From an uncultured Salinivenus sp. (GTDB lineage Bacteria; Bacteroidota; Rhodothermia; Rhodothermales; Salinibacteraceae): a stretch of 58,970 nt of DNA. The stretch's first letter is position 1. Each line of letters begins with the position of its first letter. The DNA is taken from the NCBI GenBank assembly GCA_964462965.1, contig CAYXAD010000001.1, forward strand, positions 1-58,970, given 5' to 3'. Both the position numbers and the translations under genes were made by a program. Below the pieces are notes generated by a model, which saw nothing but the letters and a program-made list of their open reading frames with translations, was not told the origin of the DNA and searched no databases. Of the stretch, positions 11,319-19,743 are shown piece by piece.

Positions 11319-12305
11319 ATGGACGTCGTCTATCTCATCCTGGGAGTGATTTTTCTTGGCGGGACCACCATTGATTTGATATGGACCACCCTCTGGGTCG
11401 ATGGGGGAGCCGGGCCGCTGACTCGTTATCTGATGAGGAGTGGATGGAACGGGATGCGAATCGTGTCCGGTGACAGCCCCCGGGTGCTTCGACTCGCAGG
11501 CCCTTTCATGATTGGGATCACCCTGGCGACGTGGATTGTTCTGATTTGGTTCGGATGGGCGTGTCTCTTCGCGAGTGGCGAGGAGGTCTTAATCAGCACA
11601 GAGGGGGAGCCCATTACCTGGGCCAGCCGCCTCTATTTCGTGGGCTACACGATGTTTACACTCGGGATTGGGGACATTATCCCAAGTGGTGGCTTCTGGC
11701 AGATTGTGACCATCCTCGTGACTGCGAATGGGATGTTCTTCATTACCATGAGCGTTTCGTACATCGTTTCAGTGCTTGGGGCGGTCACCTTAAAGCGTAC
11801 CTTTGCGAGTACAGTCACTGGGCTGGGAATGAAGAGTGAAGACGTCGTTCGGAGGGCGTGGAATGGAGAGGAGTTTTACGGGTTGAATGAGCTGTTCTCG
11901 GAGCTCTCCTCGGAGATTGGGCAGCTTACGTACCAGCATCAGGCTTACCCGATTTTGCACTATTACCATTGTGTAGGAGACAAATACGCGTCCACGATTG
12001 CGACGGTTATTTTAGATGAGGCCCTCACCATTCTCACGCATGGAATTCCAGAGGAGCATCGTCCAGAGACGATCCATCTTGCAAATGCGCGCTCGACGAT
12101 TCGAGATTACCTCGTCCACGTCCACGCGTCCCTTCTTCCTCCCGCAGAGGACGTTCCCCCTCCGCCGAATCTGGACATCCTCCGGGCCTCCGGAATTCCG
12201 ACCGTCTCAGATGAAGAGTTTCACGCGGCACTGGATGACTTGAGCCACCGACGGCGGAGGTTGCTTAATATGATCGAGGCGGACGCTCGAGAGTGGCCTG
12301 ATTGA
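11319..12305 (+). CDS. Ion channel (Ion_trans_2 / potassium-channel family)
   Basis: TM helix, pore helix (LYFVGYTMF), filter TLGIGD-IIP, then a second TM helix. C-terminal HQAYPILHYYH domain. ATG at 11319. Confidence 0.8.
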   Translation: MDVVYLILGVIFLGGTTIDLIWTTLWVDGGAGPLTRYLMRSGWNGMRIVSGDSPRVLRLAGPFMIGITLATWIVLIWFGWACLFASGEEVLISTEGEPITWASRLYFVGYTMFTLGIGDIIPSGGFWQIVTILVTANGMFFITMSVSYIVSVLGAVTLKRTFASTVTGLGMKSEDVVRRAWNGEEFYGLNELFSELSSEIGQLTYQHQAYPILHYYHCVGDKYASTIATVILDEALTILTHGIPEEHRPETIHLANARSTIRDYLVHVHASLLPPAEDVPPPPNLDILRASGIPTVSDEEFHAALDDLSHRRRRLLNMIEADAREWPD

Positions 12306-12372
12306 GGCATTGAAGTCCGAACGCTCGCTTTGGAGACTGAATTGGAGCCCTCAAGTACGGGGTCGAGTCGAG

Positions 12373-13119
12373 ATGAGCCAATCCTCCCTTGCACGGTATT
12401 ACCGAGTGCTCCGCGCCCACCTCCGAGGGATCGAGTTGCAAATTTTACTGCTGCTCGTCGCTCTCGGGGGCGGAATCTGGATCTTTCTCGAGGTCGCCGA
12501 CTCGATCTTGGAAGGCGAAGCAAAAGCAATCGACGGACGGCTCCTGCTTGCCATGCGAACCCCGGGAGATCCAAGTGATCCGATCGGGCCGTTTTGGCTT
12601 GAAGAGGTGGGGCGGGATGTGACCGCGCTGGGAGGGGTGGCTGCGTTGGTTCTGATTACTCTCGCCACCACCGTGTACCTTCTCCTCATGAGGAGGCGGC
12701 GCGTTGCACTCTTTGTGCTCGTCGCCGTGATAGGGGGCAGTCTGCTGAGTGTGCTGTTTAAAACGGGGTTTGACCGTCCGCGACCGGAACTGGTCCCTCA
12801 TGAGGCCCACGTCTACTCCGCCAGTTTCCCCAGCGGCCATTCTATGATGTCGGCCGTGGTGTACCTGACCCTCGGGGCGCTCCTCGCCCGACTCCATGCT
12901 CGGTGGGTCTTGAAGGTCTATTTTTTGGTGCTCGCCATCCTGATCACAGGGGCCGTCGGCATCAGCAGGGTCTATCTGGGAGTGCATTGGCCGACCGACG
13001 TGCTGGGAGGATGGGCGGTCGGATCCGTCTGGGCCGTATGCTGCTGGCTGACGGCTCTCTGGTTTCAGCGTCGGGGCGTGGTGGAAAAACGGACAACGGA
13101 GGGGACCGATGACGAGTGA
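12373..13119 (+). CDS. PAP2-family phosphatase (undecaprenyl-PP / lipid phosphatase type)
   Basis: C1 KTGFDRPRP, C2 SFPSGH, C3 SRVYLGVHWPTDV. Confidence 0.93.
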   Translation: MSQSSLARYYRVLRAHLRGIELQILLLLVALGGGIWIFLEVADSILEGEAKAIDGRLLLAMRTPGDPSDPIGPFWLEEVGRDVTALGGVAALVLITLATTVYLLLMRRRRVALFVLVAVIGGSLLSVLFKTGFDRPRPELVPHEAHVYSASFPSGHSMMSAVVYLTLGALLARLHARWVLKVYFLVLAILITGAVGISRVYLGVHWPTDVLGGWAVGSVWAVCCWLTALWFQRRGVVEKRTTEGTDDE

Positions 13120-13177
13120 GGCGTGACGATCTCTACCACGCGTTGAGTTCTTGCGCCCCCCCGGGGAACGGAAGCGC

Positions 13178-13560
13178 TTAGAGATTTGCTTCGTGATCTT
13201 GGAAGAGGCAGAGCCAATTCAGGGCCTGCTCGATCGATTCGGTTCGGACGGCCTCCTCGAGAACGGCCGAGAGATCTGATTTCCGCCGGTTGAGCGTCCA
13301 GGACGGGGGGATCGTTTTCGGATCGAGGCGTCCGGCGAGATGGTGGGAGCCGGAGAGCAAAAACGGATTCGCATACAGCATCGCGAGATCCACCAGACGG
13401 CGACTCTCTATCTCCGACCTCTGTCCGTTGGGGCCAAGCGTTTGGGCAAGGGATTCGATCTCGTCTACTCGGTAGTCCTCGGGCCGGAGGCCATGAGGTA
13501 TTGAGTTCTGGAGAGGAGCGCGAAGCTGCTCTCGAAGGGAGTCGACCGATGGAGACGCAT
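13178..13560 (-). pseudogene. Remnant of a YcbB/LdtD-type L,D-transpeptidase (scaffold domain only)
   Basis: HGLRPEDY...DLAMLYANPFLLSGSHHLAGRLDP...W...DLSAVLEEAV...IEQAL resembles the YcbB scaffold pattern. It stops at 13178 before any YkuD catalytic domain, and the upstream ORF sequence is not protein-like. Confidence 0.6.
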
Positions 13561-14002
13561 CGAGGGCTGGGAGATCAGGTAGACGAGGCAGAAAAGAAGA
13601 AGGAGACGAAGGGACATTGAAAGGGGAGAAAAAGAGAACAATGCGGGGGCCTTCGGTGTAGAGGGAGGCGGCAGAAGAGGGGAACGAGACCGGTTGTGCT
13701 CCTGCTCCCGAATAACCGCTCGGTGGCCAAAATCGACAAGTGGGGGAAGGAAACCGGAAAAAAGCCTTCCAGGGTCGTTCGTTTGTTAGAGGTTGGGGGC
13801 TTGGCTTTTTGAATTCCTTCCGGGGGAAGGCTCTGGACTCGTTTGAGGCTGTTCTCAGGAAGCCCATCTTCCTTCTGATTCTCTCCGTAGTCGAAGGCCT
13901 TTGGGCTGCAGAGTCCTGTATTTCCCCCGGGGAAGGCCGTTCCTCTCGGTCGCTTTTCAGTCTTTAATGTTCGTTTGTAGAGGGGAGCCCTCCATTACGG
14001 TC

Positions 14003-14974
14003 ATGCGGATTCAACTTCGCGGAGTGTGCGCTACGTTCTTGGCGCTTCTTCTTTTTTCAACGTCGCCTGCCGTCGGTGCGGTGCTGGTCGACTCAGCATC
14101 TGATTATGAAGAGGGGACCGCTGCGTTTTCCGTTCAGTTCGACGAGCAGGTCATCACCCATCGGATCATGACGGTCTCTGTCATGCCGGGGGAAACAGTT
14201 GACGTCTCGGTGCAAAGCGATCCAGCCATGCCGTACCATATCGATGCACCGGGGGGACGGTTTGAGTCGAAAGGGCAGGGCGGATGGCGCTTTACGGCTC
14301 CCGAGAAGCCGGGCCTCTATTCGATCGAGGTAACCAATACGGTGACGGATGCCTCTGTGCGGCTTCAGGCATTTGTCCTCACCCCATGGACGCACGAGAG
14401 GGAGGCCCTGGACGGATATCGGATCGGGGAGTATCGGAAAACCGCCTTGCGAGGCTTAGAGACCTACGAACCCCCTCGAGGGTTCATCAAAGTGACCGAG
14501 GAGAACAAAGACGTACGCTTGTCTCCAAACTTTCGGCTCGAACAGTTCTTGTGCAAGCAGACGGAGGCCCTGCCCCAGTATGTGCTCGTTCGGGCACGGT
14601 TGCTCCAGCGGCTGGAACGCACCCTGGCTGCGGTCAATGACAGGGGGCATTCGGTCTCGACCCTGCACGTCATGAGTGGGTATCGAACGCCGTATTACAA
14701 TCGCTCGATCGGAAACACCACAGAGTACAGCCGCCATCTCTATGGGGATGCGGCCGACATCTTTGTCGATGCGGATGGGGATAACGTGATGGATGATCTT
14801 GACGGAGATGGTCGAATCACTGAGGAGGATGCCCAGATGCTTGCGGAGATCGTCGAGGACGAAGCCACACCTTCCGGGGACCCCGTCCCTGGTGGCATGG
14901 GGGTGTACGGGCCTGCTTCTCATCGAGGGCCGTTTGTTCATGTGGACCTTCGGGGCTACGAGGCTCGCTGGTAG
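14003..14974 (+). CDS. Secreted peptidase M15 (D-Ala-D-Ala carboxypeptidase / YcbK-MepK-like)
   Basis: Signal peptide; LSPNFRLEQFLCK, SGYRTPYYN, SRHLYGDAADI (HxxxxxxD) and FVHVD (third Zn ligand). Confidence 0.88.
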   Translation: MRIQLRGVCATFLALLLFSTSPAVGAVLVDSASDYEEGTAAFSVQFDEQVITHRIMTVSVMPGETVDVSVQSDPAMPYHIDAPGGRFESKGQGGWRFTAPEKPGLYSIEVTNTVTDASVRLQAFVLTPWTHEREALDGYRIGEYRKTALRGLETYEPPRGFIKVTEENKDVRLSPNFRLEQFLCKQTEALPQYVLVRARLLQRLERTLAAVNDRGHSVSTLHVMSGYRTPYYNRSIGNTTEYSRHLYGDAADIFVDADGDNVMDDLDGDGRITEEDAQMLAEIVEDEATPSGDPVPGGMGVYGPASHRGPFVHVDLRGYEARW

Positions 14975-15217
14975 CGCCCGGGGCCTTCCATTGTGGCTCG
15001 GGTTTGCCTTAGTCCGGGTCTCTAATCGGTCCCTGGAAGAAATGAGTCGGAGACCCTCTGCCGGTGAATTCGTCCCGACCACGGTCTGTACGTGACCGCG
15101 GCGCCGTGACGGGCTGGTGTCGCCGAACATTTTCACGGTCCTCGGGTACCTTCGGGCGGGTGCATTCTTTGCCCCCGTTCTCGACGGTTATTGCTGACTC
15201 ATTCCTCACTGGCACGC

Positions 15218-16750
15218 ATGGCTTACGAGACCTACGAGCCGGTCATCGGACTGGAGGTACACGTTCAGCTCCAGACAGACTCGAAGATCTTTAGCTCGGA
15301 TCCCACGGCGTTTGGGGCCGATCCCAACACGCAGGTCGATCCCGTTAGCCTCGGGCATCCAGGGACGCTTCCGGTGCTCAATCAGAAAGTGGTTGAATAT
15401 GCCTTGCGTCTCGGGCTGGCCACCCACTGTTCGATTGCCCCTCGGTCCGTCTTTGCCCGGAAGCACTACTTCTATCCGGACTTGCCCAAAGGGTATCAGA
15501 TCTCTCAGTACGATACGCCCATCTGCTACGACGGATACGTTGAGATCTACCCCGGGGAAGACGAGGAGGCCCAGGAAACGTCCGACCAGGCCTCCCGGCG
15601 GATTGGGCTGACCCGCATTCACATGGAGGAAGACGCCGGCAAGTCGATCCACGATTCGGAGGGGGGCGCCACGCGACTCGACTATAACCGTTGTGGTGTG
15701 CCGCTGCTCGAGCTGGTTACGGAGCCGGATCTCCGCACGCCTCGCGAAGCGTATCTCTTCCTTCAACGACTCCGGCAACTGGTGCGGTACCTCGGCATCA
15801 GTGACGGCAACATGGAAGAAGGCTCTCTGCGCTGCGATGCAAACGTAAGCGTGCGCCCTCGGGGCCGCGAGCAATTTGGGACCCGCACCGAGCTCAAGAA
15901 CATGAATTCGATGCGGCACGTCGAGAAGGCGCTCGACTACGAAATCACTCGCCAGATCGCCGCGCAGGAACGGGGGGACGACGTCGAGCAACAGACCCTG
16001 CTCTGGGATCCGGACGCCGGCACCACTCGCGCCATGCGCTCCAAAGAGGAGGCCCACGACTACCGGTACATGCCCGATCCGGACCTCGTGGAGGTTACCG
16101 TGGAGGAAGAGATGATTGAACGCATCCGCGAAGGGCTGCCCGAGCTGCCCCGGGCCCGTCGGCAACGGTTTATCGACGAAATCGGAATCCCGGCCTACGA
16201 TGCCGGCGTGCTAACCGAGGAGCGCGCCGTGGCCGACTTTTTTGAGGAGGCTCTCCAACAGCTTTATAAGCGCACGAAGGGAGGCGACACCGATGCTCAG
16301 GCCAAGATGGTCTCCAATTTTATCATGACCGAGGTGATGCGAGTGCTCAACGAGCGATCCGTCAGCATCGACGAGCTCCCCGTCGGGGCGGAGCGGCTCG
16401 CCCAGCTCGTCTACCTCCGGGTGCAGGACAAAGTCAATTCCAATGCGGCCCAGGAGGTTTTTGAAGCCATGCTCGAGGAGCACGACAAAAGTGCGGGTCG
16501 CATTGCCGACGAGCGGGATCTCATCCAGGTTTCCGACCAAGAGGCCATAGAGCCTGTGGTAGAGGAGGTGTTGGACGATCATCCCGATCAGGTGGAGACG
16601 TATCTCGGGGGGAAGGATGGGCTCTTGGGCTTCTTCATCGGTCAGGTGATGCAGCGGTTCGACGGATCGCCGGATCCGCAACTCGTTCGGTCTCTCCTCC
16701 AGGAAAAGCTGGAGGCGCGTCGCGAGACCGTCGAAAACGTAGAAGAATAG
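15218..16750 (+). CDS. gatB: Asp-tRNA(Asn)/Glu-tRNA(Gln) amidotransferase subunit B
   Basis: VIGLEVHVQL, RKHYFYPDLPKGYQISQ, HMEEDAGK, GNMEEGSLRCDAN, MRSKEEAHDYRY. Confidence 0.98.
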   Translation: MAYETYEPVIGLEVHVQLQTDSKIFSSDPTAFGADPNTQVDPVSLGHPGTLPVLNQKVVEYALRLGLATHCSIAPRSVFARKHYFYPDLPKGYQISQYDTPICYDGYVEIYPGEDEEAQETSDQASRRIGLTRIHMEEDAGKSIHDSEGGATRLDYNRCGVPLLELVTEPDLRTPREAYLFLQRLRQLVRYLGISDGNMEEGSLRCDANVSVRPRGREQFGTRTELKNMNSMRHVEKALDYEITRQIAAQERGDDVEQQTLLWDPDAGTTRAMRSKEEAHDYRYMPDPDLVEVTVEEEMIERIREGLPELPRARRQRFIDEIGIPAYDAGVLTEERAVADFFEEALQQLYKRTKGGDTDAQAKMVSNFIMTEVMRVLNERSVSIDELPVGAERLAQLVYLRVQDKVNSNAAQEVFEAMLEEHDKSAGRIADERDLIQVSDQEAIEPVVEEVLDDHPDQVETYLGGKDGLLGFFIGQVMQRFDGSPDPQLVRSLLQEKLEARRETVENVEE

Positions 16751-16767
16751 ACGAGAACAGCTTTTTC

Positions 16768-18186
16768 ATGTCAGACGCCGAAGGTTCACCTCTTCCAATG
16801 TTTCCCTGGCGTGCGCTTCTCCGAGGAGTTCTGCTGACCGGTGTGTTCCTGGTCGGAATGGCCTGTCAGTCTGACGAGTCGACGGTGCAGAGCTATCTCG
16901 AGGGGACTGTAACCGTCCGTCCGAGTGTGGACACGTCCCAGAACTACAGCGGCTTTCGGGTGATGGTGGCCCATGCGCAGGGGCGAACCATCGATACGCT
17001 CGGCTATGCCGAGACGGATCGAGAGGGAACGTTTGAACTGACCGTCACGGCCCCTGAGCGCGGCGTTTATCCTCTCATCCTATGGGGGCGTCGGGGACAG
17101 GAGCGCCTCGGACAGATTCGCTACGTCGTGGCCCCGGGAGACTCCGGTACGATGCAGGCAGAATTGCCCCTGGAACGGCCGCTTCGCGTCCAATCACCGG
17201 AAAACTCTGCCTTTCTTGCGTATCGAAATACGATGGCGATGCATCGGGAAACCCTCGTACAACGCCTGCAGGAGGGGGCTCACAGCTCTGATGCTTTGGT
17301 CCAGAGCGTTCGGCAAACGAGTAGTATTCTATGGAGCCTGCAAGATACCTATCCGGAGACGTACGCCAGCGACCTTTCCGTGGTTGAGTCGTTGTCTCTA
17401 CTTGAAGGCTGGGACGATTCACTGGTGGTCGAGCGGGCCCGTCAGATCGAACCGTCGAATCCTCAGTACGTGGAGGCCGCTCAGATTGCCCGCCGCGCCT
17501 CGGCCCGATTCCTTGGGCAGGAAGCTACGTTGGATTTGATTGATGACTTTGAGGCTCGCGCAGCAACCTCACAGCAGCGAGCGGGGGTTCAGGCGATTCG
17601 AGTTCGGGCGTTTATGGACAGCCTGCAGTCGGAGGCCGCGCTCTCGGCAGCCCAACAACTTCAATCGGAGTTCCCCGGCACCCAGTGGGCGGAGTGGGCC
17701 GATCAGGCCATGTACGAAGCAAAGAATTTGCTGCCGGGGATGAGTGCCCCGGAACTGGAGGCCCAAACGATGGCAGGAGATTCTCTTCGCCTGAGCGACC
17801 TGTGGGGTCGCCCTGTGGTTCTCGAGTACTATCAGCCCGATAGTGAGCAGTTTACCCGGCAGCTTTCCTCGCGCAACGCGCTGCACGAAGCGACTCGCTC
17901 CGATTCAATCGCCTTCCTGTCCATTTCCGTCGAGCCCGATACGACGCTCAACCGCGCATTTCTCAACAGCCACGCCTTCCCGGGGCATCATATTATTGCT
18001 TCCGAGGGGTTAGAAGATTCCCTGGCTCGCCAGTACAATGTGGCAGATGTGCCGACCCGGTTCCTCATTGACGCCGACGGAAAAATTGTCTCTCGCTACG
18101 AAGGAAGTAGCTTCCTTGCGTTCCAGGAGGATCTTATTAAGCTCGTCGACGAAGAGGCCTCCGACGTGGCTGCTCTAGAGCAGTGA
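16768..18186 (+). CDS. TlpA/AhpC-TSA-like thioredoxin-fold lipoprotein lacking CxxC
   Basis: Lipobox-like VGMAC. C-terminal PGMSAPEL...LSDLWGRPVVLEYY...YNVADVPTRFLIDADGKIV is redoxin-like. Confidence 0.75.
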   Translation: MSDAEGSPLPMFPWRALLRGVLLTGVFLVGMACQSDESTVQSYLEGTVTVRPSVDTSQNYSGFRVMVAHAQGRTIDTLGYAETDREGTFELTVTAPERGVYPLILWGRRGQERLGQIRYVVAPGDSGTMQAELPLERPLRVQSPENSAFLAYRNTMAMHRETLVQRLQEGAHSSDALVQSVRQTSSILWSLQDTYPETYASDLSVVESLSLLEGWDDSLVVERARQIEPSNPQYVEAAQIARRASARFLGQEATLDLIDDFEARAATSQQRAGVQAIRVRAFMDSLQSEAALSAAQQLQSEFPGTQWAEWADQAMYEAKNLLPGMSAPELEAQTMAGDSLRLSDLWGRPVVLEYYQPDSEQFTRQLSSRNALHEATRSDSIAFLSISVEPDTTLNRAFLNSHAFPGHHIIASEGLEDSLARQYNVADVPTRFLIDADGKIVSRYEGSSFLAFQEDLIKLVDEEASDVAALEQ

Positions 18187-18401
18187 GAATTCTTATTCCT
18201 GGTTCCTTCGTCTCGCCCCCGGGGACTCTCTTGAGGGGGGCTTTACATCTTTGGTCTTGGTGCTTGGAAGCGGCCTCCCGCGGCCGTGAGAGGTTTCTTC
18301 GAAGCAGGGGATCGGGAAACTGTACCGACAGAGGGACGGGAACTTTATCGTCCTATTTTCGTGTTGCTACACAGAGTTGCATAGAGTGTCCAATCTCAGA
18401 C

Positions 18402-18881
18402 ATGGGAGAGATCCTTCGAAACCGGCTCAAACAGACGGCTCCGTTCGAAAACCAGGCGCAGGAGGCGATGTTGAATTTGTTCGTTGCCTCGGCCAATGTG
18501 CGCCGGAAGGTCGAGGCCGTGTGTCAGGACTACGACCTCCAGTTCAGTCACCACAATGTGCTCCGGATCCTTCGGGGCGTCCATCCGGATGGACATCCTC
18601 GCTGTGAGATCAGTGAACGGATGCTCGATCCGTCCCCCGACGTTACACGGCTCATTGACAAGCTCGTCGATCGAGGGCTCGTCCGCCGAAATCGGAGTGA
18701 GGAGGACCGACGCATGATGATTCATACCATTACGGACGACGGGCTCGCTCTCCTCGACGAGATTGATCCACGAATCCGTGAGGTGCAGGACTGGTTTGAA
18801 CGGCGTGTGTCCGACCGAGACCTTCGTCATCTCTCTCGCATCTGTGAAGGCATCTATGCGGAATCGCCCTCTGATGAATAA
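18402..18881 (+). CDS. MarR-family transcriptional regulator
   Basis: HNVLRILRG...EISERML..SPDVTRLIDKLVDRGLVRR.RSEEDRR winged-helix signature. Confidence 0.93.
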   Translation: MGEILRNRLKQTAPFENQAQEAMLNLFVASANVRRKVEAVCQDYDLQFSHHNVLRILRGVHPDGHPRCEISERMLDPSPDVTRLIDKLVDRGLVRRNRSEEDRRMMIHTITDDGLALLDEIDPRIREVQDWFERRVSDRDLRHLSRICEGIYAESPSDE

Positions 18882-18901
18882 TGCTTTTTTGTAAGTTTCT
18901 G

Positions 18902-18926
18902 TGTTACAACGAATAATGTTGTAACA
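18902..18926. promoter_or_regulatory. Palindromic operator, probably bound by the adjacent MarR
   Basis: Perfect 9-bp inverted repeat TGTTACAAC-N7-GTTGTAACA. A related TGTTGCTACA lies at 18362-18371, upstream of marR. Confidence 0.65.
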
Positions 18927-19033
18927 GAGTCCCTCGACTCATTCGCTCCCATTTGGTCTCCCTATTTCTGGAAGTGCCAGGTGGAGGGACACCGAACGTC
19001 GAATCTAAAATCAAACACCAAACCGAACGACTT

Positions 19034-19393
19034 ATGAGTGATTTGGACCAGCGCGATCAAGAGCTCAACGACATGATTCTCCAGGGCAAGATTCTGGAGG
19101 CCTTCGACAAATTCTACGCCGACGACATCGTCATGGAAGAGGAAGATGACCAGCGTGTCGGCAAGGAGGAGAATCGAGAATACGAGGAGCAGTTCGTAGG
19201 CGCCCTCGAAGAGTTTCACTCGGCCGAGATTAAGTCTCGAGCCGTCGACGAAGAAAATAACGCGACCCTCTCCGAGTGGCACAATCAGATGACCCTCGAG
19301 GGGGTGGGGCGTGTCGATCAGAAGCAGGTGTCAGTACGCTACTGGAACGACGACGGGCAGATTACCCGCGAGAAGTTCTACAAGCTTGGGTAA
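19034..19393 (+). CDS. SnoaL-like / NTF2-fold protein
   Basis: LNDMILQGKILEAFDKFYADDIVM...GKEENREYEEQF...QVSVRYWNDDGQITREKFY. Confidence 0.85.
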   Translation: MSDLDQRDQELNDMILQGKILEAFDKFYADDIVMEEEDDQRVGKEENREYEEQFVGALEEFHSAEIKSRAVDEENNATLSEWHNQMTLEGVGRVDQKQVSVRYWNDDGQITREKFYKLG

Positions 19394-19469
19394 GTCTGGG
19401 AGGCGGTCTTGACGTCCGTCTCTCGCCGTTTGAACCTAAGAAACTGCCAAGAACGAATCGCGACACCGT

Positions 19470-19583
19470 ATGCGCAGATACGTTCCACGAATTGGTCGCT
19501 TCCTACTGGTTGTGGCCTACGGCAGCGGCCCCTTGCGGCTGCGTGCTCGCGAGTTCAAAGAGCAGCAGTCAGCCTACGCCTGA
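19470..19583 (+). CDS. Candidate 37-aa small protein
   Basis: ATG19470..TGA19583 encodes MRRYVPRIGRFLLVVAYGSGPLRLRAREFKEQQSAYA and is followed by a strong terminator. Below the ORF-track cutoff. Confidence 0.4.
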   Translation: MRRYVPRIGRFLLVVAYGSGPLRLRAREFKEQQSAYA

Positions 19584-19606
19584 TCAGAGAAGACCGGTCT
19601 GACTGG

Positions 19607-19647
19607 AAGCCCCCAGCGTCTGCGAGGCGCTGGGGGCTTTTTGTTTT
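19607..19647 (+). terminator. Rho-independent terminator
   Basis: AAGCCCCCAGCG-loop-CGCTGGGGGCTT followed by TTTGTTTT. Confidence 0.9.
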
Positions 19648-19743
19648 GTCCTCCGCATCGCACGCTCGCACCTCTGGAAGCTGGAACAGCCTCTTCGGGA
19701 GAGGGCAGGCCTTCGACAAAGGAGCAAACCACATCGCGAGGTT

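Noticed and set aside
13561-13867. N-terminal half of the 229-aa ORF taken as a real protein
   Set aside because: Low-complexity P/S/F translation of a purine-skewed spacer; only the C-terminal half resembles a known family.
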